A DNA stretch of 64,000 nucleotides from Alphaproteobacteria bacterium. GTDB taxonomy: Bacteria > Pseudomonadota > Alphaproteobacteria > JAAXGF01. Under the pieces are notes generated by a model. That model ran no database searches and had not been told where the DNA came from. It was given only the letters and a program-made list of their open reading frames with translations. Of this stretch, positions 49,942-60,276 are shown one piece after another; positions within the stretch are counted from its first letter, which is position 1; each line of letters begins with the position of its first letter. The translations under genes and the position numbers were made by a program. The stretch is from NCBI GenBank assembly GCA_963555825.3, contig CAUVXB020000002.1, positions 1,024,001 to 1,088,000 on the forward strand, given 5' to 3'.

Positions 49942-50109
49942 AGGTTCCTACTCGAATTTTTTATTCAGATTGTGCAACGCACCATAGACGGGGCGGTATT
50001 CTGTCACAAGTCCATTTGGCACAAACGAAAACTTCATGCCGCACCGCATCCTTGCGTTGCAGCAAGAGGCGCCTTGACGCGGCCGCGCCGGGCCGCGAAG
50101 CTCGCGGTC

Positions 50110-50565
50110 ATGAGCGGATCGGCCGATAGCTTGATGGACGCCGCGCTGGCCGAGGCCCGCGCCGCGGCGGCGCGCGGCGAGGTGCCGGTCGGCGCGGTCG
50201 TCGTCGAGGCGGCGACCGGCGCGGTGCTGGCGGCGGCCGGCAATCGCGTCGAGGAGCTCGGCGACGCGACCGCGCATGCCGAGATGCTGGCGCTGCGCGC
50301 GGCGTCGGTCGGGCGCGGCCCGCGGCTCACCGGTTGCGATCTCTACGTCACGCTCGAGCCCTGCCCGATGTGCGCCCAGGCGATCTCGCTGGCGCGCATC
50401 CGCCGGCTCTACTTCGGCGCCGCCGATCCGAAGAGTGGCGGCGTCGAGCACGGCCAGCGCATCTTCGCGCAAGCCACATGCCACCACGCGCCCGAGGTCT
50501 ACGGCGGCATCGCCGAACGCGACGCCGGCGCGTTGCTCAAGACGTTCTTCGCCGCGCGGCGATAA
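50110..50565 (+). CDS. tadA: tRNA adenosine deaminase
   Basis: GEVPVGAV, HAEM, TLEPCPMC. Confidence 0.9.
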   Translation: MSGSADSLMDAALAEARAAAARGEVPVGAVVVEAATGAVLAAAGNRVEELGDATAHAEMLALRAASVGRGPRLTGCDLYVTLEPCPMCAQAISLARIRRLYFGAADPKSGGVEHGQRIFAQATCHHAPEVYGGIAERDAGALLKTFFAARR

Positions 50566-50575
50566 CCTATTGTCC

Positions 50576-50690
50576 GGTCACATTTGGTGACCTGCGCTCA
50601 ATCGCCGCGCATGCCAATCTTTATCCCACAAGGCCATTCTTGATCCCACAAGGACTGGCCGAACGGTCGGCGGCCCGCAGTCGCGGGCTG
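50576..50690 (+). repeat. Two-hairpin repeat, copy 2, with ~40-bp internal insert
   Basis: CCTGCGCTCAATCGCCGCGCATGC ... GCCGAACGGTCGGCGGCCCGCAGTCGCGGGCTG, split by an insert containing ATCCCACAAGG twice. Confidence 0.85.
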
Positions 50691-50726
50691 AAGTAGTTCG
50701 ATCGACCTCATCGATCGCATTATGCT

Positions 50727-51851
50727 CTAGTGTCCCGATTCCGAAGTTCGCATGATTTTCGCCTGCTGTTCAGCGATTTCGATTGTTCGGAGGCAGAAGC
50801 GCTGGATGGCGCCGAGGATGTCATCGGCGGATTTGGTCCATTTGAAGGGTTTGGGGTTCTGGTTTGTCGTGTCGATGTAGTCGAGGATGGTGCGCTCCAA
50901 CTCCTTGGTGGAGCGATGGACGCCGCGCCTGATCTGCTTGTCGGTCAGCAGCCCGAACCAGCGCTCGACCTGGTTCAGCCAGGAGGCGCTGGTGGGTGTG
51001 AAATGGGCCTGCCAGCGCGGCCGTTTGGCGAACCAGTCGCGGATCGCCTTGGTCTTGTGGGTCCCGTAGTTGTCCATGACGATGTGGATGTCGAGATCAG
51101 CAGGGACGTTCGCCTCGACGAGGTCGAGGAATTTGCGGAACTCTCGGGCCCGATGGCGCGGGAAACATTTGCCGATGATCTCTCCCGTGGCGATGTCGAG
51201 GGCCGCGAAGAGAGAGGTCGTGCCGTGGCGCTTGTAGTCGTGGCTGCGCCGCTCCGCCTGCCCGGGGCGCATCGGCAAGAGGGGCTGGGAACGGTCCAGG
51301 GCCTGGATCTGGCTCTTTTCGTCGACACAGAGAACCAGGGCACGATCCGGCGGCGCCAAATACAGACCGACGATGTCGCGGACCTTCTCCACGAAGAAGG
51401 GATCGCTCGACAGCTTGAAGGTCTCCGAGCGATGCGGCTGCAAGCCGAAGGCCCGCCAGATGCGATGAATGGTCGAGGGCGCGTGGCCGCTCGCCCGCGC
51501 CATCGAGCGAAGGCTCCAATGGGTCGCGTCCGGCGGCGTCTCTTCCAGCGTCAGCCGGACCGCTTCCGCGATGGCGTCATCGCCGATTTGACGCGGCGCG
51601 CCGGGGCGGGGTTCGTCGTACAGACCGTCGAGGCCCTCCGCCGCATAGCGGCGACGCCACTTGCCCACGGTGTCCGCGCTCGCCTCGAGACGAACGGCGA
51701 TCTCCTTGTTCTCCAACCCTTCCGCCGCCGCCAAGACGATCCGAGCCCGCCGCGCAAGCCCCTGCGACGTCTTGCGACGACGAGACAGCGCCTCCAATTC
51801 GGCGCGCTCGTCATCGCTCAAAGAGATCGTCACCGCCACTCTCGCCATCAA
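50727..51851 (-). CDS. IS630-family transposase
   Basis: [27 protein letters not shown]. Confidence 0.95.
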   Translation of the reverse strand: MMARVAVTISLSDDERAELEALSRRRKTSQGLARRARIVLAAAEGLENKEIAVRLEASADTVGKWRRRYAAEGLDGLYDEPRPGAPRQIGDDAIAEAVRLTLEETPPDATHWSLRSMARASGHAPSTIHRIWRAFGLQPHRSETFKLSSDPFFVEKVRDIVGLYLAPPDRALVLCVDEKSQIQALDRSQPLLPMRPGQAERRSHDYKRHGTTSLFAALDIATGEIIGKCFPRHRAREFRKFLDLVEANVPADLDIHIVMDNYGTHKTKAIRDWFAKRPRWQAHFTPTSASWLNQVERWFGLLTDKQIRRGVHRSTKELERTILDYIDTTNQNPKPFKWTKSADDILGAIQRFCLRTIEIAEQQAKIMRTSESGH

Positions 51852-51910
51852 TCGCGCCTCCTAAAAACAAATAGAGACATAATCATATCAATTTATCGAT
51901 CAGGACACTA
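50728..51910 (-). mobile_element. IS630-family element (single ORF)
   Basis: Ends TAGTGTCC...GGACACTA within CTAG at both sides. Confidence 0.92.
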
Positions 51911-51940
51911 GATCCCCAGACAACAAACCAGGAGCCCGCC

Positions 51941-52231
51941 ATGTTGTTCATGGTCGTCGAGACCTTCCGCAACCAGGACGCCAAGGCGGTCTACCGCCGC
52001 TTTCGCGACAAGGGCCGCATGACGCCCGACGGGCTGAGTTTCATCGACAGCTGGGTCAGCGCCGATCTCGACCGCTGTTTTCAGGTGATGGAATGCGACG
52101 ACGTCGCCGTGCTGCAGCGCTGGACCACCGAATGGTCGGACTTGGTCGATTTCGAGATCGTCCCCGTCCTGCCCGGCGCCGAGACCGCCAAGGCGCTCGC
52201 CGGCCAGCTCGACGGGCCGACGGAGGGTTAG
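51941..52231 (+). CDS. DUF3303-like small protein
   Basis: MLFMVVETF...[18 protein letters not shown]...[12 protein letters not shown]; AGGAG RBS. Confidence 0.75.
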   Translation: MLFMVVETFRNQDAKAVYRRFRDKGRMTPDGLSFIDSWVSADLDRCFQVMECDDVAVLQRWTTEWSDLVDFEIVPVLPGAETAKALAGQLDGPTEG

Positions 52232-53493
52232 CCCCCGACCACACGCCAGGCGATGTCGCGGCGGCAGAAGCCGCCCGGCCAGTCGATCGCGTCGACCGCG
52301 GCGTAAGCCTGCGCCTGCGCCTCGGCGATCGAGGGCGCGGTCGCGGTGACGCCGAGCACACGGCCACCCGTGGCGGTGATATCGCCGTCCACCGCCGTGG
52401 TACCGGCATGGAAGACGGTGACGCCGTCGAGCGCACCCGCCGCGTCGAGCCCGCCGATCACCGAGCCCTTGTCGTAGGCGCCCGGATAGCCTTGTGCCGC
52501 CATCACGACGCAGACGCAGGCCGCGTCGAGCCAACGCAGGGTGAACTTGTCGAGCACGCCGTCGCGCGCGGCGACCAGCGCGGGCAGCAGGTCGGACATC
52601 AGGCGCGGCATCAGGACCTGGGTCTCGGGGTCGCCGAAGCGGACGTTGAACTCGATCACCTTGGGGCCGTCGGCGGTCATCATCAGCCCGCAGTAGAGCA
52701 CGCCCTTGTACGGCGTCCCCTCGGCCGCCATGGCGGCGACGGTCGGGCGCACGATGCGCGCCATGATCTCGCCGGCGGCGGCCTCGTCGACCACCGGCGC
52801 TGGCGAGTACGCCCCCATGCCGCCGGTGTTGGGGCCGGTGTCGCCCTCGCCGACGCGCTTGTGGTCCTGCGCGGCGGCGAGCGGCAGCGCGGTTTCGCCG
52901 TCGACCAGCGCGAAGAAGCTCGCCTCCTCGCCGGTCAGGCATTCCTCGACGACCAGCTCGGACGCCGCGGCGCCGAAGCCAGAGATGAGCGCGTCGACCG
53001 CGTCGCAGGCCGCCTCGACGGTCTCGGCGACGACGACGCCCTTGCCGGCGGCCAAGCCGTCGGCCTTGACGACGATCGGCGCGCCTTGAGCACGGACATA
53101 GGCCTTGGCCGCTTGCGCGTCGGTGAAGCGCGCGTAGGCCGCGGTCGGGATGCCGTATTTGGCGCAGATGTCGTTGGCGAAGCCTTTCGAGCCCTCGAGC
53201 CTGGCGGCCGCCGCGCGCGGCCCGAAGGTGGCGATGCCGGCGGCCTCGAGCCGGTCGGCGAGGCCGGCGCAGAGTGGCGCCTCGGGGCCGACGACGACGA
53301 AATCGATGGCGTGCTCGGCGCAGGCCGCGATGATGCCGTCGATGTCGTCGGCGCCGACCGCCAGGCAGGTCGCCTCGGCCGCGATGCCCGCGTTGCCCGG
53401 CGCGCAATAGAGCGCGTCACACAGCGGCGAGGCGGCGAGCGCCCAACACAGCGCGTGCTCGCGACCACCCGAACCGACCACCAGAACCCGCAT
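52228..53493 (-). CDS. purD: Phosphoribosylamine-glycine ligase
   Basis: [34 protein letters not shown]. Confidence 0.98.
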   Translation of the reverse strand: MRVLVVGSGGREHALCWALAASPLCDALYCAPGNAGIAAEATCLAVGADDIDGIIAACAEHAIDFVVVGPEAPLCAGLADRLEAAGIATFGPRAAAARLEGSKGFANDICAKYGIPTAAYARFTDAQAAKAYVRAQGAPIVVKADGLAAGKGVVVAETVEAACDAVDALISGFGAAASELVVEECLTGEEASFFALVDGETALPLAAAQDHKRVGEGDTGPNTGGMGAYSPAPVVDEAAAGEIMARIVRPTVAAMAAEGTPYKGVLYCGLMMTADGPKVIEFNVRFGDPETQVLMPRLMSDLLPALVAARDGVLDKFTLRWLDAACVCVVMAAQGYPGAYDKGSVIGGLDAAGALDGVTVFHAGTTAVDGDITATGGRVLGVTATAPSIAEAQAQAYAAVDAIDWPGGFCRRDIAWRVVGG

Positions 53494-53513
53494 CGCGTTT
53501 GCTCCTTGGTTCC

Positions 53514-53599
53514 GGTCACCTTTGCTGCGCAAAGATGACCTGCGCTCAATCGCCGCGCATGCTTCCGCCGAACGGTCGGCGGCCCGCGGTCGCGGGCTG
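53514..53599 (+). repeat. Two-hairpin repeat, copy 3 (purD/xseA divergent region)
   Basis: Matches the reverse complement of 1208-1293 with compensatory stem changes. Confidence 0.85.
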
Positions 53600-53704
53600 G
53601 CAGAATGCGACCGAGCCCGATCGGAAAACGCGCCAGGCGCTCTGGCGCGATTGTTTCCGCGTCGGCATCTTGTAACATAGCGGCATGGGAAACCAAGCCT
53701 CGCC

Positions 53705-55123
53705 ATGAGTGACAGCCAGCTGCCGCTGGAGAGCGGCGACAATCTGCCGGAATTTACCGTCAGCGAGCTGTCGTTCGCGGTCAAGCGCACCATCGAGGGC
53801 AGCTTCGAGGTGGTCCGCGTGCGCGGCGAGGTCTCGGGTCTCAAGCGCCATTCGTCGGGCCACGTCTACTTCACGCTGAAGGACGAGAAAGCGGTGCTGT
53901 CGGCGATCTGCTGGCGCGGCATGGCGGCAAAGCTGCGCTTCCAGCCCGAGGACGGCCTCGAGGTGATCTGCACCGGCCGGCTGACGACCTATGCCGGCCG
54001 CTCGCAGTACCAGATCATCGTCGAGCGCGTCGAGCCGGCCGGCGAGGGCGCGCTCTTGGCGCTCTTGGAGGCGCGCCGCAAGCAACTCGCCGCCGAGGGC
54101 CTGTTCGACGAGGACCGCAAGCAACCGCTGCCCTATCTCCCCGAGGTCATCGGCGTCATCACCTCGCCGACCGGCGCCGTCATCCGCGACATCCTGCACC
54201 GCCTGGCCGACCGCTTCCCGCGCCACGTGTTGATGTGGCCGGTACGCGTCCAGGGCGAGAGCGCGGCGCAAGAGGTCGCCGCCGCCATCGCCGGCTTCAA
54301 CGGGCTGGCGGCCGGCGGGCCGGTGCCGCGCCCCGACGTCATCATCGTCGCGCGCGGCGGCGGCAGCCTCGAGGACCTCTGGGCGTTCAACGAGGAGGTC
54401 GTCGTGCGCGCCGCGGCGGCCTCCGACATCCCGCTGATCTCGGCGGTCGGCCACGAGACCGACGTGACGCTGATCGACTTCGCCGCCGACCGCCGGGCGC
54501 CGACACCGACCGCGGCGGCCGAGATGGCGGTGCCGGTGCGCGCCGAGCTCGTGATGCGCCTGCTCGAGCTCGAACGCCGGCTGATCGGCGGTGCCGCGCG
54601 GTTCCTCGAAAGTCGCGCCGTCGAGCTGCGCGGCCTTGGCCGCGGCCTGCCCGACCCGCGCAGCCTGATCGAGCCCGCGACCCAGCGTCTCGACAACGCG
54701 GCCGAACGGCTCGCCCAGGCGCTGCGCTTCTGGGTCGAGCGCCAACGCCGGCGCATCCCCGAGCTCAGGCCCGGCCCGCTGCGCGCCGAGATCGCGCGCC
54801 GCGCGGCGACGCTCGATGGTCTGCCGCCGCGCCTCCTGCAGGGGCTCAGGCGCATGCTGGGCGAGGCGACGCGCCGGCTCGAGGCGCAGGCCCGGCTGCT
54901 CGACGGCTTCGGCTTCGAGCGGGTGTTGGCGCGCGGCTTCGTGCTCGCCCGCGACGACGCCGGGCACCCGGTGACCTCGGCGGCGGGCGCCACGCCCGGC
55001 ACCGGCCTCGCGCTCATATTCCACGACGGCGAACGCCACGCCACCGTCGACGGCGCGCAGACGCGAAAGAAGAAGGCTAAGCCAGGCAAGCCGCCGGGCG
55101 ACGCCCAGGGCAGCCTGCTCTAG
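53705..55123 (+). CDS. xseA: Exodeoxyribonuclease VII large subunit
   Basis: [32 protein letters not shown]. Confidence 0.97.
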   Translation: MSDSQLPLESGDNLPEFTVSELSFAVKRTIEGSFEVVRVRGEVSGLKRHSSGHVYFTLKDEKAVLSAICWRGMAAKLRFQPEDGLEVICTGRLTTYAGRSQYQIIVERVEPAGEGALLALLEARRKQLAAEGLFDEDRKQPLPYLPEVIGVITSPTGAVIRDILHRLADRFPRHVLMWPVRVQGESAAQEVAAAIAGFNGLAAGGPVPRPDVIIVARGGGSLEDLWAFNEEVVVRAAAASDIPLISAVGHETDVTLIDFAADRRAPTPTAAAEMAVPVRAELVMRLLELERRLIGGAARFLESRAVELRGLGRGLPDPRSLIEPATQRLDNAAERLAQALRFWVERQRRRIPELRPGPLRAEIARRAATLDGLPPRLLQGLRRMLGEATRRLEAQARLLDGFGFERVLARGFVLARDDAGHPVTSAAGATPGTGLALIFHDGERHATVDGAQTRKKKAKPGKPPGDAQGSLL

Positions 55124-56313
55124 TCAGAATCTCGGTCGAAGCGCGCCCCGAGGTCGAGGCCCAGGTCCGCGGCGCGCTGCTCGACCACCTCGTCGATGAT
55201 TTTACGCATGTTCTGATCCGTCGCGAGCAACTCGCGAAAGTCGTCGCAATCGAGCACCAGCAGGCGGCATTGCGTCACGGTGCGTATCGTGGCGCCACGC
55301 GGCGAATCGTGAAGCAAGGCGAACTCGCCGAAGAAGTCACCGTCGCCGAGCAGCACCGGTTCGGGCTCGATCTCGACACTGACCTCGCCGGTCGCGATGA
55401 AGAACATGTCTTCGGCCGGGTCGCCCTTGTGAAAGATCACGGTCTCCGCCTCGACGACGCGCGCCTGCAGCAGGTTCGTGATGCGAGAGACCGACAGCCC
55501 GTCGAGCCGGGCGAACAGCGGCACCCGCGCGATCATGCTCCACGAGACGACAAAATCGCGGCGGTGGATATCGCTGGCGAAACCGGAAGCCAGGATGCCG
55601 ATCGGCAGCGCGAACATGCCGAGGCCGAAGATCATGACCAGCCCGCCGACCATCTTGCCGAGCGGTGTTGCCGGCACGACGTCGCCATAGCCGACCGTGG
55701 TCAGCGTCGCCAGCGCCCACCACATCGATTCCGGAATGCTGCCGAACTTGTCGGGCGAGACGTGACGCTCGATGTAATAAATCGCCGTCGACGCGACCAA
55801 CAGCATCGCCGCCATGATCAGCAGCGCGCCGACCAGGGCGCGGCGTTCGTTGTGCAACACGCGCCCGAGCGTGGCGAGCGCCGGCGAGTAGCGCACCAGC
55901 TTCAAGAGCCGAAGCAGGCGGAAGACGCGCAGCAGCCTCAAATCGGCGAAGGGCAGGATCAAGGCGATATAGAACGGCAGGATCGCCGCGAGATCGATCA
56001 GCGCGAACGGCGTCGAGGCGAACTTCAGCCGCGCCTTGATCGGACCATCCCCGGCGACCGACAGATGCTCGTCGGAGACCCACAGGCGGAGCAGGTATTC
56101 GACCGTGAAGATCGCCACCGAGGCGACCTCGAAGGCCCAGAACTCGGCCTCGTAGCGCGCGTGGATCGGCTCGACGGTCTCGACCACCACGGCCAACACG
56201 TTGGTGACGATCAGCGCGATCAGCGCCCGATCGATGTTGCGGCTCAGGCGATCGTCGGGATGGGCGACTTCGAGCACCTGGTAGACGCGACGCTTCAATC
56301 CCTGGCTCATCAT
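55120..56313 (-). CDS. Cyclic-nucleotide-gated potassium channel
   Basis: S4 RLLRVFRLLRLLK, TTVGYGD filter, GDFFGE cNMP-binding domain. Confidence 0.93.
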   Translation of the reverse strand: MMSQGLKRRVYQVLEVAHPDDRLSRNIDRALIALIVTNVLAVVVETVEPIHARYEAEFWAFEVASVAIFTVEYLLRLWVSDEHLSVAGDGPIKARLKFASTPFALIDLAAILPFYIALILPFADLRLLRVFRLLRLLKLVRYSPALATLGRVLHNERRALVGALLIMAAMLLVASTAIYYIERHVSPDKFGSIPESMWWALATLTTVGYGDVVPATPLGKMVGGLVMIFGLGMFALPIGILASGFASDIHRRDFVVSWSMIARVPLFARLDGLSVSRITNLLQARVVEAETVIFHKGDPAEDMFFIATGEVSVEIEPEPVLLGDGDFFGEFALLHDSPRGATIRTVTQCRLLVLDCDDFRELLATDQNMRKIIDEVVEQRAADLGLDLGARFDRDSD

Positions 56314-56454
56314 TTCGTCATTTCTGCCCGCGATCCGTGGAGGTTAGCCCATTTAAGCGGCGCGAAACAGACGGCCGATCGATCGACACTCACTTGATCC
56401 GCGCCGGCCGACGGTGCTAGCACCGGTCGGACAGCGACAAAGCGACGGGGTAAC

Positions 56455-57303
56455 ATGCGGTCTACGGCATCGTTCATCACCCGGGCGGCGCTCGGGCTCA
56501 TACTCGCCCTCATGCTCGCCCGTGCGCCACTGCCCGCCACTGCCGGCACGATCACCATCGACGGCCGGACGGTTCAGGGCGGCTTGGTGCGCGGCATTAC
56601 CGAACCCGGCTCGCAAGTGCGTTTCCGCGACCGCCTCGTGCGGGTCTCGCCCGACGGCGTGTTCTTAATCGGCTTCGGCCGCGACGACAGCGGCAAATTC
56701 GCGCTCGACATCCGCCACCCGAACGGCTCGAAATCGCATATCGAACTCGCCGTCGAGGAACGCGAATACGACGTCCAGCGGATCGACGGCTTGGCGCCCA
56801 AGATGGTGACGCCCGGCGAGGCGGCGCTCGCGCGCATCGCCCGCGAAGGCGCCATGATCGCCAAGGTCCGCGCGCGCGACACGCCCGAGGCGCTGTTTGC
56901 CGGCGGCTTCGTGTGGCCGGCCATCGGGCCGATCAGCGGGGTCTATGGCAGTCGGCGCATCCTCAACGGCGAGCCCAAGCGACCGCATTACGGCGTCGAC
57001 GTCGCGGCGCCCGAAGGCAGCGCCGTGGTCGCGCCCGCCGATGGTATCGTCGCGCTTGCCGAGGACGACCTCTACTACACCGGCGGCACGGTGATGCTCG
57101 ACCATGGCCACGGCCTGACCTCGGTCTTCTCGCATTTGAGCGCGGTGACCGCCACGCTCGGCGCGCGCGTCGCCCAAGGCGATCCGATCGGCCGTATCGG
57201 CGCGACGGGGCGCGCCACCGGCGCCCATCTCGACTGGCGCGTCAACCTGTTCACGACCCGCCTCGACCCGGCGCTGCTGGTCGGCCCGATGCCGGAAAAC
57301 TAA
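56455..57303 (+). CDS. M23 family metallopeptidase
   Basis: HYGVD, GAHLDW, N-terminal signal peptide. Confidence 0.9.
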   Translation: MRSTASFITRAALGLILALMLARAPLPATAGTITIDGRTVQGGLVRGITEPGSQVRFRDRLVRVSPDGVFLIGFGRDDSGKFALDIRHPNGSKSHIELAVEEREYDVQRIDGLAPKMVTPGEAALARIAREGAMIAKVRARDTPEALFAGGFVWPAIGPISGVYGSRRILNGEPKRPHYGVDVAAPEGSAVVAPADGIVALAEDDLYYTGGTVMLDHGHGLTSVFSHLSAVTATLGARVAQGDPIGRIGATGRATGAHLDWRVNLFTTRLDPALLVGPMPEN

Positions 57304-57319
57304 AAACAGGGATCGCCAC

Positions 57320-57382
57320 CACAAAGGCACAAAGGCACAAAGGCACAAAGGCACAAAGGCACAAAGGCACAAAGGCACAAAG
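57320..57382 (+). repeat. Octamer tandem array (CACAAAGG) x~8
   Basis: Perfect tandem units starting just after the M23 stop codon. Confidence 0.95.
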
Positions 57383-57385
57383 CTT

Positions 57386-57659
57386 GCTCGACCTGGTTCA
57401 AAGGCGCTGGTGGGTGTGAAATGGGCCTGCCAGCGCGGCCGTTTGGCGAAAGTCGCGGATCGCCTTGGTCTTGTGGGTCCCGTAGTTGATCCATGACGAC
57501 GAGATCGAAAGTCGTGGCTGCGCCGCTCCGTTCGCCACGACGAGGCTCTTTTCATACAGACCGACGATGTCGCACGAAGAAGGGATCGCTCGACAGCTTG
57601 AAGGTCTCCGAGCGATGCGGCTGCAAGCCGAAGGCCTTCGCCAGATGCGATGAATCTAG
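57386..57659 (-). pseudogene. Deletion-riddled fragment of the IS630 at 50728-51910
   Basis: Colinear near-identical blocks matching ~50963-51470, separated by indels; ends at CTAG. Confidence 0.85.
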
Positions 57660-57748
57660 AACCAAACAAAATTACGAATTTTTAGTAAAAATTTACTAAA
57701 ATTATATGGTGTGATCTGCGTGTTTCGGTAGCGCTTCAATATTTTTCT

Positions 57749-57863
57749 TCTGTGTCTCTGTGTCTCTGTGTCTCTGTGTCTCTCTCTGTGTCTCTGTGTC
57801 TCTGTGTCTCTGTGTCTCTGTGTCTCTGTGTCTCTGTGTCTCTGTGTCTCTGTGTCTCTGTGT
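57749..57863 (-). repeat. Octamer tandem array (CACAGAGA) x~14, left of IS256
   Basis: (TCTCTGTG)n on the + strand with one extra TCTC. Confidence 0.95.
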
Positions 57864-59238
57864 GAGCTATTGTCAAAAGTTGTGTATGGGCTGATCATGC
57901 GGCGGCGCGATCCTGGCGTTCTCCATCTACGAATTTGACGCCGCGAATGATCTCGGCGAGATGGTTCGATCCATCGAGTTTTCTCCATTTTCTCTGAGCG
58001 CACTGGCATAGTTTGAAGACCATGGCCATCGCCGTCTTGCGCGACAGGCAGCCCTTGGTCCGGTAGGTGCGCAGACGAACCGTGGCGAACGTGCTCTCGA
58101 TGGGGTTGGTCGTGCGTACATGCTTCCAGTGCTCGGCGGGGAAGTCGTAGAACGTCAGCAGGACGTCGCGGTCCTTGGCCAGGCAGGCCGCGGCCTTGTC
58201 GTACTTCGGCCCGTAGGCTTCCAGGAAGAAGTCGAAGGCGCTCTCGGCATCCTTCCTGGTTTCGGCCATCCAGATGTCTTGCAGGCGCCCCTTGGCTTTC
58301 TTTTGCAGACCCTTGGGCAGCTTGTTCAAGACGTTGCCCGTCTTGTGAACCCAGCAGCGTTGCTCGCGGGCGCCTGGGTAGACTTGGCGGAGCGCCTTCC
58401 AGAAGCCGAGCGCGCCGTCGCCGAGCGCCAGTTGCGGACCCATTTCAAGGCCGCGCCGCTTGAGATCGAGCAGAACTTCGAGCCAGGACTGCTCACTTTC
58501 GCGATAGCCGTCGGCGATGGCGATCAGTTCCTTCTGTCCCTTGTCCGTGGCCCCGACGATCACCAGGATGCACTGCTTCTCTTCCTCCATGCGGGCGCTG
58601 AAATAGATGCCGTCCACCCAGAAATAGACGTAGCGCTTGGCCGTGAGGTCGCGCCGTTGCCAGCGCTCCGCCTCAACCCCCCAGACCTCTTTCAGCCGGG
58701 TGATCGTGGAGGCCGAAAGCCCCGGCGCGGAGCTCCCCAGGAGCGCCGCCAAGGCTTCCCCGAAGTCGCCGGTGGAAATGCCCTTCAGATACAGCCATGG
58801 CAAAAGGTCTTCCAGGCTCTTGGCGCGGCGCAGATAGCGCGGCAGGATCGCCGACGTGAAGCGGATGGCGCCGTCCCCCCGGTCCCGCACACGGGGTTGG
58901 CGCACGCTCACCGGGCCGATCCCGGTCTGGATGAAGCGTTCCGGCAGATATCCATTGCGGACAACCCGGCGGCGGCCGGCGGCGTCAACAAGCGCCGCAT
59001 GGCTACCCAAAAACACGGAGACCTCGGCCTCAACGGCTTGGGCCAACAACTCGCGAGCTCCAGCTTGTAGGACTTCCGTCAACGGATCTTTCTGAAAATC
59101 AGATGGGTTTTGAAAAGCAACAACGGTATTCTCTTTCATGGCGTATCCTTCCTTGGCTTAGCTCAAGTGGTGACATCAACAATCACCAGGATACGCCGCC
59201 TTCATTTCAACGCCGTACACAAGATTCGGTTATGTGTC
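57864..59238 (-). mobile_element. IS256-family element inserted in the octamer array
   Basis: Imperfect IRs GAGCTATTGTCAAAAGTTGTGTA / TACACAAGATTCGGTTATGTGTC; target duplication cannot be resolved inside the repeat. Confidence 0.88.
57895..59139 (-). CDS. IS256-family transposase
   Basis: RNGY, LYLKGISTG, WVDG, GDGALGF, QRCWVH, TTNPIES. Confidence 0.95.
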   Translation of the reverse strand: MKENTVVAFQNPSDFQKDPLTEVLQAGARELLAQAVEAEVSVFLGSHAALVDAAGRRRVVRNGYLPERFIQTGIGPVSVRQPRVRDRGDGAIRFTSAILPRYLRRAKSLEDLLPWLYLKGISTGDFGEALAALLGSSAPGLSASTITRLKEVWGVEAERWQRRDLTAKRYVYFWVDGIYFSARMEEEKQCILVIVGATDKGQKELIAIADGYRESEQSWLEVLLDLKRRGLEMGPQLALGDGALGFWKALRQVYPGAREQRCWVHKTGNVLNKLPKGLQKKAKGRLQDIWMAETRKDAESAFDFFLEAYGPKYDKAAACLAKDRDVLLTFYDFPAEHWKHVRTTNPIESTFATVRLRTYRTKGCLSRKTAMAMVFKLCQCAQRKWRKLDGSNHLAEIIRGVKFVDGERQDRAAA

Positions 59239-59356
59239 TCTGTGTCTCTGTGTCTCTGTGTCTCTGTGTCTCTGTGTCTCTGTGTCTCTGTGTCTCTGTG
59301 TCTCTGTGTCTCTGTGTCTCTGTGTCTCTGTGTCTCTGTGTCTCTGTGTCTCTGTG
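59234..59356 (-). repeat. Octamer tandem array (CACAGAGA) x~15, right of IS256
   Basis: (TCTCTGTG)n ending CTCTGTGGTT. Confidence 0.95.
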
Positions 59357-59376
59357 GTTCGTCTTGGCGACTTCGC

Positions 59377-60276
59377 TCAGTCGGGCCAGCGGCGGTGGAG
59401 CCAGAGCCACTGCTCGGGGCGCGCGCGGATCCAGTCCTCGAAGATCGCGTTGACGCGCCGCATGGTCTCGAAGACGTCGGCCTCGCGGTCGCCCGTGTCG
59501 GGCAATTCCATCGGCGGCTGAAAGGTCAGGCGGAAACGCGCGCCGTCGAGCCGCTCGAGCCGCGCCGGCACCACCGGACAGCGGTATTTGAGCGCCAGCT
59601 GGGCGAGCGCCGGCGCGGTCATCGCGTCGCGCCCGAAGAACGGCACCGCGATGCCGTCGTTGAGCTTCTGATCGACCAGCATCGCCAGGTGCTCGCCGCG
59701 GATCAGCGCGCGCACCAGTTGGCGCGCGCCGGCCGAACCCTTGGGATGGTGGGTGCCGCCGACCGGCGCGCGCAGGCGCTGGATGATCGGCTCGACATAG
59801 GGGTTGTTGGCGGCGCGATAGATATGCGTCAGCGGCACGCCGTTCTGTGTCGCGCCGAGCGAGGGGATCTCCCAGTTGCCGAGATGGGCGGCGAAGAAGA
59901 TGCCGCCGATGCCGTCGTCGCGCAGTCGCTCGACGTAGTGCGCGTCGATCACCTCGACGCGGCCGTCCGCGGCGTGGACGTCGATCTCGCCGAGATGCGG
60001 GTACTCGGCGGCGACGCGGCCCAGATTGTCCCACATGCCGCGGATCACTCGGGCGACCTCGCCATCGGACATCTCGGGGAAGGCGTGGCGCAGGTTGCGC
60101 GCGGCGACCCGGCTGATGCCGGCGTGCGGTCCGATCGTGCGACCGAGCCAGCCGCCCAGCGCCGAGGCGCGGTCGATCGGCAGCGCGCCGAACAGGGCGA
60201 GCGCGAGCCGCGCGCACCAGGCCTGCAGCCGGTACGACGCATCGCGCCAGACGCCGCCGCGCGCCATCGCGCTCAC
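59377..60276 (-). CDS. lpxL: Lipid A late acyltransferase (LpxL/HtrB family)
   Basis: HLGNWE, MLVDQ, VPFFG, PEQWLWLHRRW. Confidence 0.85.
   Translation of the reverse strand: MSAMARGGVWRDASYRLQAWCARLALALFGALPIDRASALGGWLGRTIGPHAGISRVAARNLRHAFPEMSDGEVARVIRGMWDNLGRVAAEYPHLGEIDVHAADGRVEVIDAHYVERLRDDGIGGIFFAAHLGNWEIPSLGATQNGVPLTHIYRAANNPYVEPIIQRLRAPVGGTHHPKGSAGARQLVRALIRGEHLAMLVDQKLNDGIAVPFFGRDAMTAPALAQLALKYRCPVVPARLERLDGARFRLTFQPPMELPDTGDREADVFETMRRVNAIFEDWIRARPEQWLWLHRRWPD

Noticed and set aside
57705-57740. Nanopore adapter remnant
   Set aside because: Resemblance is weak and cannot be supported without reads.
57320-59356. CRISPR array
   Set aside because: Units are contiguous 8-mers with no unique spacers, and no cas genes are present.
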